From NCBI RefSeq assembly GCF_963921235.1, contig NC_086108.1, positions 92,382,001 to 92,446,000 on the forward strand: 64,000 nt of DNA, given 5' to 3'. Positions 39,463 through 51,400 of the stretch are shown piece after piece. The stretch comes from Mobula hypostoma (taxonomy: Eukaryota). The position numbers were made by a program, and so were the translations under genes. The first letter of the stretch is position 1; each line of letters opens with the position of its first letter. The notes beneath the pieces are model-generated. The model saw nothing but the letters and a program-made list of their open reading frames with translations. It did not search any database and was not told the origin of the DNA.

Positions 39463-39768
39463 CTGTAGTACTATTGACAGTGTTCTCATTTGTTCTGTAT
39501 TTCATTTAAATACAAAATTTGTGACTGAGTTAAACAGTAATTTGGCTTTTTAAACTACTTCCATGAAACTTTGGCCAATTGGGGCAACCACTTAATTGAG
39601 TCAAAATCTACAGGTCCTGATGTGTCCCGATTAACCAGAATCCACTGTACTTAATAAGATCTAGTCTTTAAAATAGTTTAAAGCAAAACACTAATTTCCA
39701 TAGAAGAAAGTTACTAGTTAATTTCACGTCAAACACCTGAATTCAATCTATGATATTAAAATGTTTAC

Positions 39769-39877
39769 CTTCCTTCTTGGCGTGATGCATTGGGCATTCT
39801 GACAACGTGGACTTTGCCTGTGGTGTAGCTGAAGCTGCTTGCACGTTGTTAGATGGTGCTGAAGTGGATGCTCCCAT
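39769..39877 (-). CDS. HCCS: Holocytochrome c synthase, coding exon 1 (ATG at 39877; MGASTSAPSNNVQAASATPQAKSTLSECPMHHAKKE-G)
   Basis: Manual translation resembles the vertebrate HCCS N-terminus (MG.S.SAP...CPMH). Donor AG|GTAAAC, phase 1, matches the next exon. Probable acceptor at about 39897 after a poly-pyrimidine tract. Confidence 0.93.
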
Positions 39878-40124
39878 ACTTTTGAGTCAGCAAAGGTCTT
39901 CCATAAAAAAAGTGAAGAAAAAACAAATATTCTTATTATTTGCCTGGATGTATTGTGAATGTTTCAAGCATCTGAATGCCATCATTTGATGAATACTGCA
40001 GATGCATTTAATATAAAACCATTTACCATCTGATTGCATTCCGCTATGCTACAACTGAGAGGAAATCAACATAACTAGCAGTGCACGGACAGATTATGCT
40101 ACCGATAGTGTAATCTGGTGCAAA

Positions 40125-40960
40125 AGTAAATTGCTGAAGGAACTCAGTGAATCAAGCAGTATCTGTGCAGGCAAAAAGACAGTCAATGTTTCAGGTCATG
40201 ACCATGCATCCGGTCTTAGTGTACGAGAGAGTGAGAGGCAGGACTAGTGAAACAGGGGCTGGCAGGTGAAAGGAGAACAAGGTGAGGAATTGATGGGCAG
40301 CTGGAGCCACATGGGGGAGAGGAGAGCAGAAGCTGAAATCTGACATGTAACAATGGTAATAAATGGAACTAGATACAGGAGGGATCTGTGTAAAACCAGT
40401 TGGGGAAAGGGATAGGAGACCAGTAGGTTGTGTATATGGGTAAATACCAGATAAAAACAGGTAGGGAAGGGATGGAAATTCAATAATGGGGAGCTGGATT
40501 TTGGTAAAAGGGAGGCAAGGGAAAAAAGCAAGAACTTGGATGAATAAGAAGAAAGGCACACAGAGGCCTGAGAATAGAAAATTCATTTTCCTACCATTTG
40601 GTTGCAGCCTACCCAAACAGAATATTAAGAATAGTTTTTCCAGTATGCACTTGGCCCCGTTGTGGCAGTGGAAATGGCATGCAACCAGACACTGAAGATG
40701 GCCAGTACGGGCAGAACTCAGGTGCGCTGTAAAACGGTTGCCTCGTCTATTGGCCTTGCCAATGTAGAGGCCACATCAAGAGCACCGAATACAATAGATG
40801 AGATTAGAGGAGATGCATGTTAACCTGTACTTGACCTGGAAGAGTCCCTGGATGGCGGTGAGGGATAACGTAAACCACGGAGTCACAGAGGGTCTTCCCT
40901 GTCAAAGCAGAAAAGAGTGGGGAGGGGAAAATGTGACTGGTGGTGAGATCCCAATCCTGC
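40125..40960 (-). mobile_element. Degraded Penelope-like element
   Basis: Reverse-strand similarity to the GIY-YIG region and 3' tail of the 41670-42347 copy. Boundaries approximate. Confidence 0.6.
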
Positions 40961-41669
40961 TGGCAGAGGATAAAGGATCATTGGATGCATTTCAGATCAA
41001 TTTTCTTCATTGAGCAAGCTGTTACACAAAATATTTTAAACTTAACAAGTCAGTATCAGTTCCTTTTTTTCTTAGGAATATTCCATATCAATTGATTTGC
41101 ATTCACCTAGTCATAGAGGCCCAGCTTGGGTTTCATCAGAACCACCTCACTCCAGACCACATCATAATATTCAGAATCAGATTCAGGAACAGAACAGATT
41201 TAGATTTATTATCACTGAACTGTATGACGTGAAATTTGTTGTTCTGTAGCAACAGTACAACCCAAGACATAAAACTACAAAAAAAAATTGCAAAAGAATA
41301 ACAACATAGTGTCCAAACATGGACTAAACAGCTGAATTCTAAAGGTGACACCAAGGCAGAATTTGACCAATGTACTATCGTGATGTCTTGGGAAAGCTTG
41401 AAGTCAGTGGACATCAAAATCCTCCAGTGGCTGAAATCACAAAGGAAGACGAGACTGTACAAGCTGGTATCTGAATCAACAAATATGCTGGAGGTACACA
41501 GCAGGTTGAAGACCATCCATGGAGTGAAAGGAATTGTCAGCATTTCAAGTCAAAACCCTGCATTACTCATGTTGCAGGAATTCAACCTGAGATGCTGGCA
41601 AAATATTTCCTCAACATCCTCCCCAAGCCCCACAAGGCTGTTTGGGTCCCTTATCTAAGAAAGAATGTG

Positions 41670-42347
41670 ATGCGACATTTCACTTGCCAGTCCGTTGGGG
41701 TCATCTGTTGGACCTGGTGCTCCCTGTGTGGCTTCTTGTACATTGGTGAGAGCCGACGTAGATTGGGAGACCGCTTCGCTGAGCACCTACACTCCATCCG
41801 CCAGAAAATCAGGGTCTCCCAGCGGCCACCCATTTTAATTCCACTCCACATGCCCATTCCGACATGTCCATCCAAGGCCTCCTCTACTGTCACGATGAGG
41901 ATTCGCTCAGGTTGGAGGAACAACATCTTATATTCCATCTGGGTAGCCTTCAACCTGATGGCATGAACATCGACTGCTCGAACTTCTGGTGTTGCCCCCC
42001 ACCATTCCCCATCCCCTTTCTCACCTCATCTCCTTGCCTGCCCATCACCTCCCTCTGGTGATCCTCCCCCCTCTTCTTTCTTCCATAACCTTCTGTCCTC
42101 TACTATTAGTTCCCTCCTTCTCCAGCCCTGTATCTCTTTCACCAATCAACTTCCAGCTCTTTCCTTCACCCCTCCCAGTTTCACGTTTCACCTCATGTTT
42201 CTTCCTTCCCCCCCACCTTCTAACTCTGACTTCTCATCTGTCTTTTCTCCAGTCCTGAAGGGTCTCAGCCAGAAACATCGACTGTACTCTTTTCCATAGA
42301 TGCTGCCTGGCCTGCTGAGTTCCTCCAGCATTTTGCGTGTGTTGCTG
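41670..42347 (+). mobile_element. Penelope-like element, GIY-YIG endonuclease remnant plus 3' end
   Basis: HFTCQSVGVI...CSLCGFLYIGESRRRLGDRFAEH and RLEEQHLIFHLGSLQPDGMNID; decayed hammerhead at about 42250-42284. Confidence 0.85.
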
Positions 42348-42805
42348 GCATTAGAGAGGGTTCATTGGGGTTTCAGGAGAATGATTTCAGGAATGAAGGG
42401 TTAATGTATGAGTGTTTGACGACTCTGAGCCCGTACTTGCTGTTGTTTAGAAGAATGGGGGAGGAGATTTCACTGAAACCTATCGAACATTAAAAGGCCT
42501 AAACAGAGGGCATGTGAAGTGAATGTTTCTTATACTGGGCGACTCTAGGACGACAGGGCACAGCCTCATTATAGAGGGAACAGAGATGAGGATTTTTTTT
42601 TATCCAGAGGGTGGTGAATCTGTGGTTAACTGCCACGGACAGCTGTGGCGGCCAAGTCATTGGGTATAATTAAAGCAGTGTCTGATAGGCTCCTCGTTAG
42701 TCATGGTTACGGGAAGAAGGCAGGAGAACGAGGTTGAGAGGGATGATAGATCAGCCATAATGCGATGGCGAAGCAGATTCAATGGGCCGAGTGGCCTAAT
42801 TCTGC
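42348..42805 (+). mobile_element. CR1 3' fragment abutting the HCCS promoter/exon 1 region
   Basis: Same 3' end (GTGGTGAATCTGTGG...GGCCTAATTCTGCT) as other CR1 copies. Confidence 0.75.
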
Positions 42806-42844
42806 TTGTGATGAACCTTCTCCAGCCCTAACTCCTGTTTCAGA

Positions 42845-43200
42845 AACTCCGTCCCCCTCACATCAATTAACCGGCCCCTGACTCCGGACACCATTCCTCC
42901 CTCCGCCGGATCCCTACCCGCCTCTCACCTCCACACACTCGGCGCCGCCACTGACTGTCTTCAAGGTGAACGCAGGCGCCGCTCCCACAACACCCCGCGC
43001 CCGCTGCACCAATAGATCGCTTTCCAGGCTGCGTCACTTCCGCCTATTGTTCCTGGTCGCTCCTCGCTCCGAGTTCAAGTGTTGTTCAATCCGCAGTTTC
43101 CGAGTTGGAGTCGCTAGGTTCTCAATTGACATCTGGCAAATACGACAGTGAGTTGCACAGCTCCCGCATGCCTTTAAAAAGCTGGTGGCGAGCCGTACTC
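42845..43200 (-). promoter_or_regulatory. Small CpG-island-like HCCS promoter with an ETS/CRE-half-site composite (GCGGAAGTGACGCA, 43030-43043 minus) and a CCAAT box (43009-43013)
   Basis: CpG-dense non-repeat sequence; motifs read directly. Typical housekeeping/mitochondrial-gene promoter architecture. Confidence 0.7.
42929..43000 (-). other. HCCS: Probable non-coding exon 1 of HCCS (5' boundary approximate)
   Basis: Unique GC/CpG-rich patch about 3 kb upstream of the ATG exon, ending in a strong donor GAG|GTGAGA at 42929/42928. Confidence 0.65.
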
Positions 43201-43909
43201 TCAGCTCCTGTAGTAAAGCACATCTAATATCCTTCTTCTTATGCTATGTCCTGCAGTCCCTGATAAGCTTTCTTCACATTTCCTTGGACTGCGAGTTACT
43301 TAAATAATTTTGCTCACAACCAGCAATGAAGTTGCACTGTGCAGTAGGAAATATAATTATACAGAACCACTGAGACATATAAGGAAGATCATAGACCCAA
43401 TACAACTCAACACAGTATTCCGCAAGAGCAAACATATCTGGAAAAGGAAACACAAGGAATTCTGCAGATGCTGGAAATTCAAGCAACACAAATCAAAGTA
43501 AACGCAGCAGGCCAGGCAGCATCTCTAGGAAGAGGTACAGTCGACGTTTCGGGCCGAGGCCAGTCCTTGTGCAGGATTCCCTAAAGGATAATTTGCAGGC
43601 CGAGTCTGTGGTGAGGATAGCAAATGTAATGTCATCATTCATTTCAAGAAGACTAGAATATAAAAACAAGGACGTAATGTTGAAACTTTATAAAGCACTG
43701 CTGAGACCTCACGGAGTATTTTGAACAGGTTTAGGCCTCTTTTTTTAGAAAGAATGTGCGGAAACTGCAGCGGGTTCAAAGGAGGTTCGCAAAAATGATT
43801 CCAGGATTGAATGGTTTGTTGTATGAAGAGCTTTAAGATGCTGGAAAAGATTTGTAGCTCGTGTTAAGGATGTTGTTGTTGAGTGGCTCGCCGAGCTGGC
43901 TTGTTAGCT

Positions 43910-43951
43910 TGCAGACGTTTCCTTACCCAGCTAGGCAACATCATCTGTACA
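43910..43951 (-). ncRNA. Decayed hammerhead motif of a second Penelope-like family (element about 43835-43970)
   Basis: UGUA-CAGAUGA-UGUUGCCUAGCUGGGUAAG-GAAA-CG-UC-UGCA. The stems differ from the CAGUC family but the ACGU palindrome is the same. Confidence 0.55.
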
Positions 43952-43970
43952 TCTTCAAATGAAATGTTGA

Positions 43971-44665
43971 TCTTCTTCTTCTTCTTCTATTTCTGGCTGT
44001 TTAGACGCATCTAGGCGTATTACAGCCCTTCGCAGGATGTATAATTAATTATAGAACTTCAAGGAACTCAAATTCTCGAATACAACCTAGTCTCACGTAT
44101 AAACTGAATAACAGACTCTTCAATCAGATGTTGATTCTCTTGATGGCCAAACAAAAATTTAATAGAAAACCAAAATAAATTTAAGCCAGATAGCCTCTTG
44201 AACAACATGCTTCTTTCAATTTTGTATCGATTACAGCTCAGCAAAACATGCTGGACTGTCTCTGGACTACCACAGTCACATAATCCAGTGGGATGTTTTC
44301 CTATTATCTTTAAATAATAATTTAGTAGCCCACGATGCCCCAACCTAAGTCTTGTAAATTTCACCATATCTCTATGACTTAAAAGGTAACAGTCTGAGAC
44401 CTTTTTAACTAGTGGGTGACTAGAAAAATAATGCCTGCCCTTTAATTCAATTTTCCAATCCTCCTGCCTCTTCTTCTCTATACCTTTTTTAATCCTACTT
44501 CTCAATTCTGCTCTGCCTAGGGGAACTCTAATTTCTACTTGCCTGCTCTGTAAGGAAGACTTTGCAATGCCATCCACAATTTCATTTCCCTCCACCCCAG
44601 CATGCCCTGGTATCCATGAAAATCTATCTTCCCTACTCTAAACAACACTAAGAGAATCTCAATAA
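43971..44665 (-). mobile_element. 5'-truncated RNase H-containing non-LTR retrotransposon (I group, Nimb-like) with (GAA)n tail
   Basis: FSWIPGHAGVEGNEIVDGIAK RNase H motif, RLRLGH, CCHC finger CDCGSPETVQHVLLSC, stop at 44068, short 3' UTR and (GAA)n tail at 43971-43988. Confidence 0.85.
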
Positions 44666-44977
44666 CATGTTGGTGATCTACTTCGCTCGTCTATTATGTG
44701 TTCAGTGATGAGTCCGTTTGTGTGTGTGTGGGGAGGGGGTAGTATGTGTGCCGTTCGTTAAGAACCAATCGTGGATTGCATAATCGGTAACCAACAGAAA
44801 TGGCGCGCGCCCTTCGACAAATCTAGTCCGTGCCAAGCCAAGCTCATCGAGCTCCACCAGGACCATAGCCCTCCATATTCCTACCATCCATATGCCAAAC
44901 CTCCTTTCCAGATATTTTTAATCTCTCCCCCACCCGCTGTAGAATGTCCTCCTGATTCAAATTATCCACCATTGTCC

Positions 44978-46301
44978 CTGCATCAAAAAAGACCAAGGTA
45001 GCATGTCTGAACGACTGGCGTCCTGTCGCACTCACCTCAATAATAAGCAGATGCTTTGAGAGGCTGGTCAAGGACTACATCTGCAGCTTGCTGCCACCCA
45101 CACTGGACCCCTACAATTCACCTACCAACACAACCGATCGATAGACAACGCAATAGCCACTGCTCTACACACCGTCCTTACACATCTAAAGAAGGATGCT
45201 TCTGTGAGAATGCTGTTCTTGGACTACAGTTCAACATTCAACACCATAATTCCATCCAGGCTCGACAGGAAGCTCAGAGACCTCGGCCTTGACCCTGCCT
45301 TGTGCAGCTGGATCCTGGACTTCCTGTCAGATCGCCAGCAGGTTGTAAGAGTGGGCTCCCTCACTTCCACTCCTCTGTCTCTCAACACAGGAGCCCCTCA
45401 GGGCTGTGTACTAAATCCCCTCCTTTACTCCCTGTATACCTAAGACTGTGTCGCCACCCACAGCTCTAATTTGCTAATTAAATGTGCCGACGACACTACG
45501 TTGATTGCCTAATCTCAAACAATAACAAGGTGGCCTGCAGGGAGACATCATCTCTCTGACACAGTGCTGGCAAGAAAACAACCTCTCCCTCAATGTCGCA
45601 AAAACAAAGGAGCTCGTTGTGGATTACAGGAGGAATGAAGACGGGCTAATCCCCACTGACATTGATGGATCTGGGGTTGAGAGGGTAAACAGCCTTAAAT
45701 TCCTCGGCATCACTTCACAGAGGATCTCACCATGTGGTCTGTACACATCAGCTGGGTGGTGAGAAAAGCACAACAGCGTCTCTTTCACCTCAGACGGTTG
45801 AGGAAATTTGCTATGGCCCCCAAATCCTAAGAACTTTCTACAGGGACACAATTGAGAGCATCCTGACTGGCTGCATCACTGCCTGGTATGGGAACTGTAC
45901 TTCCCTCAATCACAGGATTCTTTAGAGAGTGGTGCGGACAGCCCAGCGCATCCGTAGTTGTGAACTTCCCATGATTCAGGACATTTACAAAGCCAGGAGT
46001 GAAAAAAGGGCCCGAAGGATCATTGGGGACCCGAGTCACCGCAACCACAATTTATTTCAGCTGCCACCATCCGGGCAGCGTAAAAGCCAGGACCAACAGT
46101 TTCCGGGACAGCTTCTTCCACCAGGCCATCAGACAGATTAACCCACGCTGATCTGAGTGTATTTCAATGTTACATTGACTATTCCATTTACTATAAGTGA
46201 TTATAAATTACTATGATTGCACATTTAGACGGAGACGTAACGTAAAGATTTTTACTCCTCATGTATGTGAAGGATGTAAGAAATAAAGTCAATTCAATTC
46301 A
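44978..46301 (+). mobile_element. Rex1/Babar-type LINE, degenerate RT plus C-terminus, (TTCAA)n tail
   Basis: [13 protein letters not shown]...[47 protein letters not shown] followed by tandem ATTCA. Confidence 0.85.
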
Positions 46302-46319
46302 AAATGTTGAAATCAAGCT

Positions 46320-47280
46320 CGCATGCACCACTTGCGCTGGCAGCTCGCTCCACACTCTCATGACCCTCTGAGTGAAGAAGTTTCATCTTATGTTCCCCTT
46401 AAACTTTTCTCCTTTCACCCTTAATACGACCTTAGTCCCACCCAACCCCAGTGGAAAATAAGCCTGCTTGCATTTACCCTATGGATACCCCTCATAATTT
46501 TACGTACCTCTATCAAATCTTCCCTAAATATTCTAGGTTCCAAGGAATAAAAACCTAACCTGTCTAATCTGTCTATATAACCCAGTTTCTCCAGACCCAG
46601 CAGCATTCTTGTAAAATTTCTCTCTGCTCTTTCAACCTTATTTACATCTTTCCCGTAGGTAGGTGACCAAAACTGCACACAATGTTCAGCAATGCTTTAT
46701 ACAACTTCAACATAACACTCCAGCTCCTGTATTAAATATTTTGATACTGTATATGAAAGCCAATGTGCCAAAAGCTTTCTTTAGGACCCTATCAACCAGT
46801 GACGCCACGTTGAATTATGTACCTGTATTCCCAGATCCCTTTGTTCTACCGCACTCTCACCACCCTACCATTCACCTTAGTTGGTCCTACCGAAGTGCAA
46901 CACCTCGCATTTGTCTGCATTAAATTCCATCTGCCATATTTCCAGCCGATCCAGATCTCGCTGCAAACCATGATAATATTCTTTGCTGTGCACTGCACCC
47001 CCACCTTGGTGTCATCCGTAAATTTGGTGATCCAGTTAACCCCATTTATATAGATGATAAACAACAGGCCTAGCGCAGATCCCTCCACAGTCCACTAGTC
47101 AAAGGCCTCCAGAGAGGCGACCATCCATTACCACTCTCTGGTTTCTCCTACGAAGCCAATGTCTAATCCAATGTACCACCAGATCTCGAATGTCGAGCGA
47201 CTGAACCCTCAGGACCAACCTCTCATACGGGACCTTGACAACTGTCCATGTTGCCCTGCCTTCATCCACTTTCCCGGTAA
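46320..47280 (-). mobile_element. Degraded CR1 LINE
   Basis: WITKFTDDTKVG, QFWSPTYGKD and REDLIEV remnants. Confidence 0.8.
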
Positions 47281-48439
47281 CTTCCTTCTATTCGTGCAGC
47301 TCCCAAATTCCAAGTCATTATTTTTGCTACGTGAAACAGTTTTTCCTCATGTCCTTGGTTATTTGAAATCTATGTTCATTACCAATTCTGAAATTATAGG
47401 AATAATTTTCCTTAATACCCTTTGCAATAGACCTTTTGTAATTTATTTTTTTAATCAAATTTCAGAACAATCTCATACTCAACAGTCTGTCCGTAACTGA
47501 AATTCCTCATTTCAAGCTCGTTTCATTGAAACTTTTCTGCATCTTATTTTGGTTTTCTACATCTATTCTTAAAATAGTGGCCAAATGTAGGTTCAACATT
47601 CCAATGCAGCTGCACCCATGTTTCATAATGATTCAATATTTTCTGTTATTTCTCAGTGCCTCTCCTTATAAAGTCTGTGATCTTCAGTGCTGTTTTGAAA
47701 CACTTTCTCCACTCGTTATACAGACATGTAATCTCTGAGAACAAATACTTCTATGCTTCATTGTCCCTAACCCTTGTTTAGAATTTAATGCTAAGTTTTT
47801 CAGGGCAACGACTGCATATCACATAAACCAGACAGAAAACTGCCCCCATCATGAAACCATTAACTGCCCCATATCTCAACATTTTGCATATATAATCTTG
47901 TTCTCTCCTGCTATTCAGTCAAACACACCCATCACGAAGTCTACAACCACTTTCTTTTAGGCACCTGTACTGGTTGCATTATGACCTAGTACAGCAATTC
48001 GTACGTGAGAAACTTTATTATGAAAGCAGCCCAATACATCTCGAGCACATTGCTCCCCACTGCTGGGAGTATCCACATGAGGTGTTGTCTTAAGAAGGCA
48101 ACACCTACCAAAGATTCCCACCTTTACAACCATGCCATCTTCATATAGCTACAGCAGCAGATTCAACTACTCAGGTCTTGAACCAAACTGCACAACCTTA
48201 ATCAGTGTCTCAGACCAGCAACACTACACTTTGCACCACAATGGAACTGAACTTTTCTTTTGGAAATAGTGTTCTTTCTGGTTTTGTGTTATTTGTGGTA
48301 AAAGTGTTTATAATTCATATTCAATTTATATTTTTCTACATATGTTGTATACCTGATGCTATGACACTATGTTATACTGACAAGTTTTTCTTTCACTGTT
48401 GTATCCACAAGTCCATACTTGTAGAGTTCTTCTGAAATG

Positions 48440-51400
48440 TCAAGTTGGAATTGATGCTTTTATTCAGAAAACCAATAACCAGAGCATATGCTTTATTTTG
48501 ATTTTGTAATAGGATCTTTCAGCGAATCATTCATATCAAACAAAGGCTGGATCAAAATGAGAAAAACATTAATCAGAAATTTAAAAATTGCTAAAACAAT
48601 AAACTACTACATAAAATGCTTTCAGTATCATCTGAGGTATGATTTTCAGAAGGTTGTTTTCAACAGCACAATACATACAAAAATATATGTAAATAATATT
48701 TACATATGATAAGGTGAACTGAATTTACTGATTCTTAAGTTAAGTCATGCTAACCTGCAATTCATAATATGAAATCTTTAATCATTCAAAAAGACATGTC
48801 ACAAAATAATGGCATGTGCCCAATTATCCCAGCTTGTCATAGTGGTTCATGGAATTCAAATCAACACTTTTCCTTTCTTCTTTCCATCAAATATTTCTCC
48901 TTGGAGGATCTATTCAATTATTCTGAAAATTATTACAGAATCTGTACTCACCACCTTGTTAGGCAGATCATGACAAATTGCCTTCATTTTTAAGGCTTTA
49001 ATCACCACTGGAATCAGTTAATCCATACTCATCAAAACCTTCCTATAAAAACTTGCTAACATTTTGCATAGATTTTAAATAGAAAACAAATCACACTGTG
49101 CTAATATTCAGCAATTTCACTATATTGAACATATATTTAATAAAACATTAGTTTATTGATATTGCCTCACTATATTAGCTTGTATTAGAAATGTAAGTGA
49201 TATTCAGGACTAATCATCATTTGAACAAATCATGCTTCAAAATAATTTACAAGAATATCACTCTCTGCTTCATTAACAAAATGTAAGGATAAAGCAGGCA
49301 AAGAGGAAATATAACTATAATAATCCTTTCAAGATTTCTCATTTAGAATAAATAGTTCTTTGAATTTTGGAATAATTATGCTATAAATATATATATTTGT
49401 TTAATATAAAAAGAACTATCTTTATCAGCTGCTGCCTCTTGCTTGGGTAACTGCACAGATATAATAGTACCCCAACTTGTAATACAGGTATCAGATTCAC
49501 ATGTGGATGTTGGACAGCAAAGTTTCAACCAGCTACTGAATCAGTGAGAACATCACAATAATATACCAGACATTCAAACTGTCATACTTTTAAAGAAAAG
49601 GCAACAATAAGAACTGGGAACCCTTGTCAGTTTTCTCCTTATGCAATCTTTGGTAGCTTAAATGTCACATTCATCTGAGATTAATAAATTCACAGAACAG
49701 AAATCAAACTGGGAACTAGTTTGTCCAAATGACTAGGCACTACAGTTTTTCTTATGTTCCAAGGTGAGTTTTGATCTGCTCAAACTTTCGATGGGACTTC
49801 AAATGAAAAAGTAAATATTTTGCAATGTTATATATAAAAGACTAAATTCTATCCTTAAATCACCATCACCAAGACTAATATAAAACAACTGAAATAACAA
49901 AGTGTGGTGGAAAATCAAAACAATTTTAAAACCTCAATTTTTATGATTCTCAACTTTTTACATAATAAAAATATTAAATATGCATATATCTATACCTCAA
50001 AAAGGTGGCTGAAATAAACACAAGCTATTTATTTTGGTGTACAAGAATTCCCTGAAAACTTGGTATATAAACAAGCTATATTAGTTTCTTCATACAGAGC
50101 CTACAAAACTAAGTATTGAACTACAGGATTAAAATTTTAAATGATCATATTTACAACAAATTAGTTAGGCCACGCTTTATCAAAAATGAAGACTGCTGAA
50201 TCACACAACTTCAACATTGGCTGGGTGGGTAATACAGATGTGGAACAACAGCTTTAAAATGCAACAGATAAACTGTACCCTCAAACTGGTGAGGCGTTCT
50301 TTAACTTTGCAATATACAATCAAATTCCAATACAAGCTTATAGCTCTTTCATATAAATTGTGACTCTTTTGTATTCCTTGATTTACCAGAAGAGAAAAGG
50401 TATTATTGCTATTGATGAAAGGAATGTAAAACAATACTCTAGTAATAATAACATGGTAGGTCACCTCTCCAACTAGCATATATGATATGGTGAAAAATGA
50501 TCTTAAAAATCAGATATACAATGACACAGGCAATAACTTGATGTGTAGGAAAAATATACAAAATAAATTAAGGTTTGATAAACAAATAAATCTTTTTAAA
50601 AGTTTAATGATGCATGTCTCTGCAGTTTGTTTAACATATTGTGACAGTGCTAAAGAAAACTTGGTGCATCTGAACAGTAGACTGATAATGGATCTAACAA
50701 GTGTGTTTTAGGATAACTTAGAGAACTATGTGATGAGCAACTACACTGTACCATTCTGATTCTAGTTAGTTTTCAGGTGCATCATGTGACCTTACTGAGT
50801 AGGGAAATATAATATAAATATATTAAAATATAAAAATAAAAAAGTGGCCATTACCTATCTGATTTCAATTAGGATAAATGCATTCTTAGCTGCCCACTGA
50901 GGTTCAGTGTACTCATTCTTTTTTATCCTGGTGAACGTGAAAATAATGTGGCAAAGAGAGATACAGGAAACAGGCCCCTTGTCCCACTGAGAACACACCA
51001 ACCATCAAGCTCCCTTCTTACCAGCATTCATTTTACTCTCCCCACATTCTGCCGCTCACCTCCACTCAAGGGACCATTTCTAGTGATCAATTAACTGACC
51101 AACCCAAACACGAGGAAATCTGCAGGTGCTGGAATTTCAAGTAACACACATAAAAGTTGCTCGTGAACGCAGCAGGCCAGGCAGCATCTCTAGGAAGAGG
51201 AAGACGACCCTTTGTCTCAGCCCGTTACATCTACTGTACCTCTTCCTAGAGATGCTGCCTGGCCTGCTGCGTTCACCAGCAACTTTGATGTGTGTTGCTT
51301 AATCGACCAACCCACATATTTTTGGAGGATGAGGAGGAAACGGGAGCAGATGGAGAAAACCCACATATGGACAGAATCAGAGACCAGGATTTCACCCGGG

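Larger units (their letters stand above)
36878..39647. mobile_element. Tigger/pogo-like MITE hosting a CR1, a hammerhead retroposon and a hAT MITE
   Basis: Inverted ends TA|TGGTGGATTCTGGATAATTGGG and CCCGATTAACCAGAATCCACTG|TA. Confidence 0.7.

Noticed and set aside
44068..44595. Longest ORF (175 aa) as a host gene
   Set aside because: It is the RNase H/CCHC end of a 5'-truncated LINE with a (GAA)n tail.
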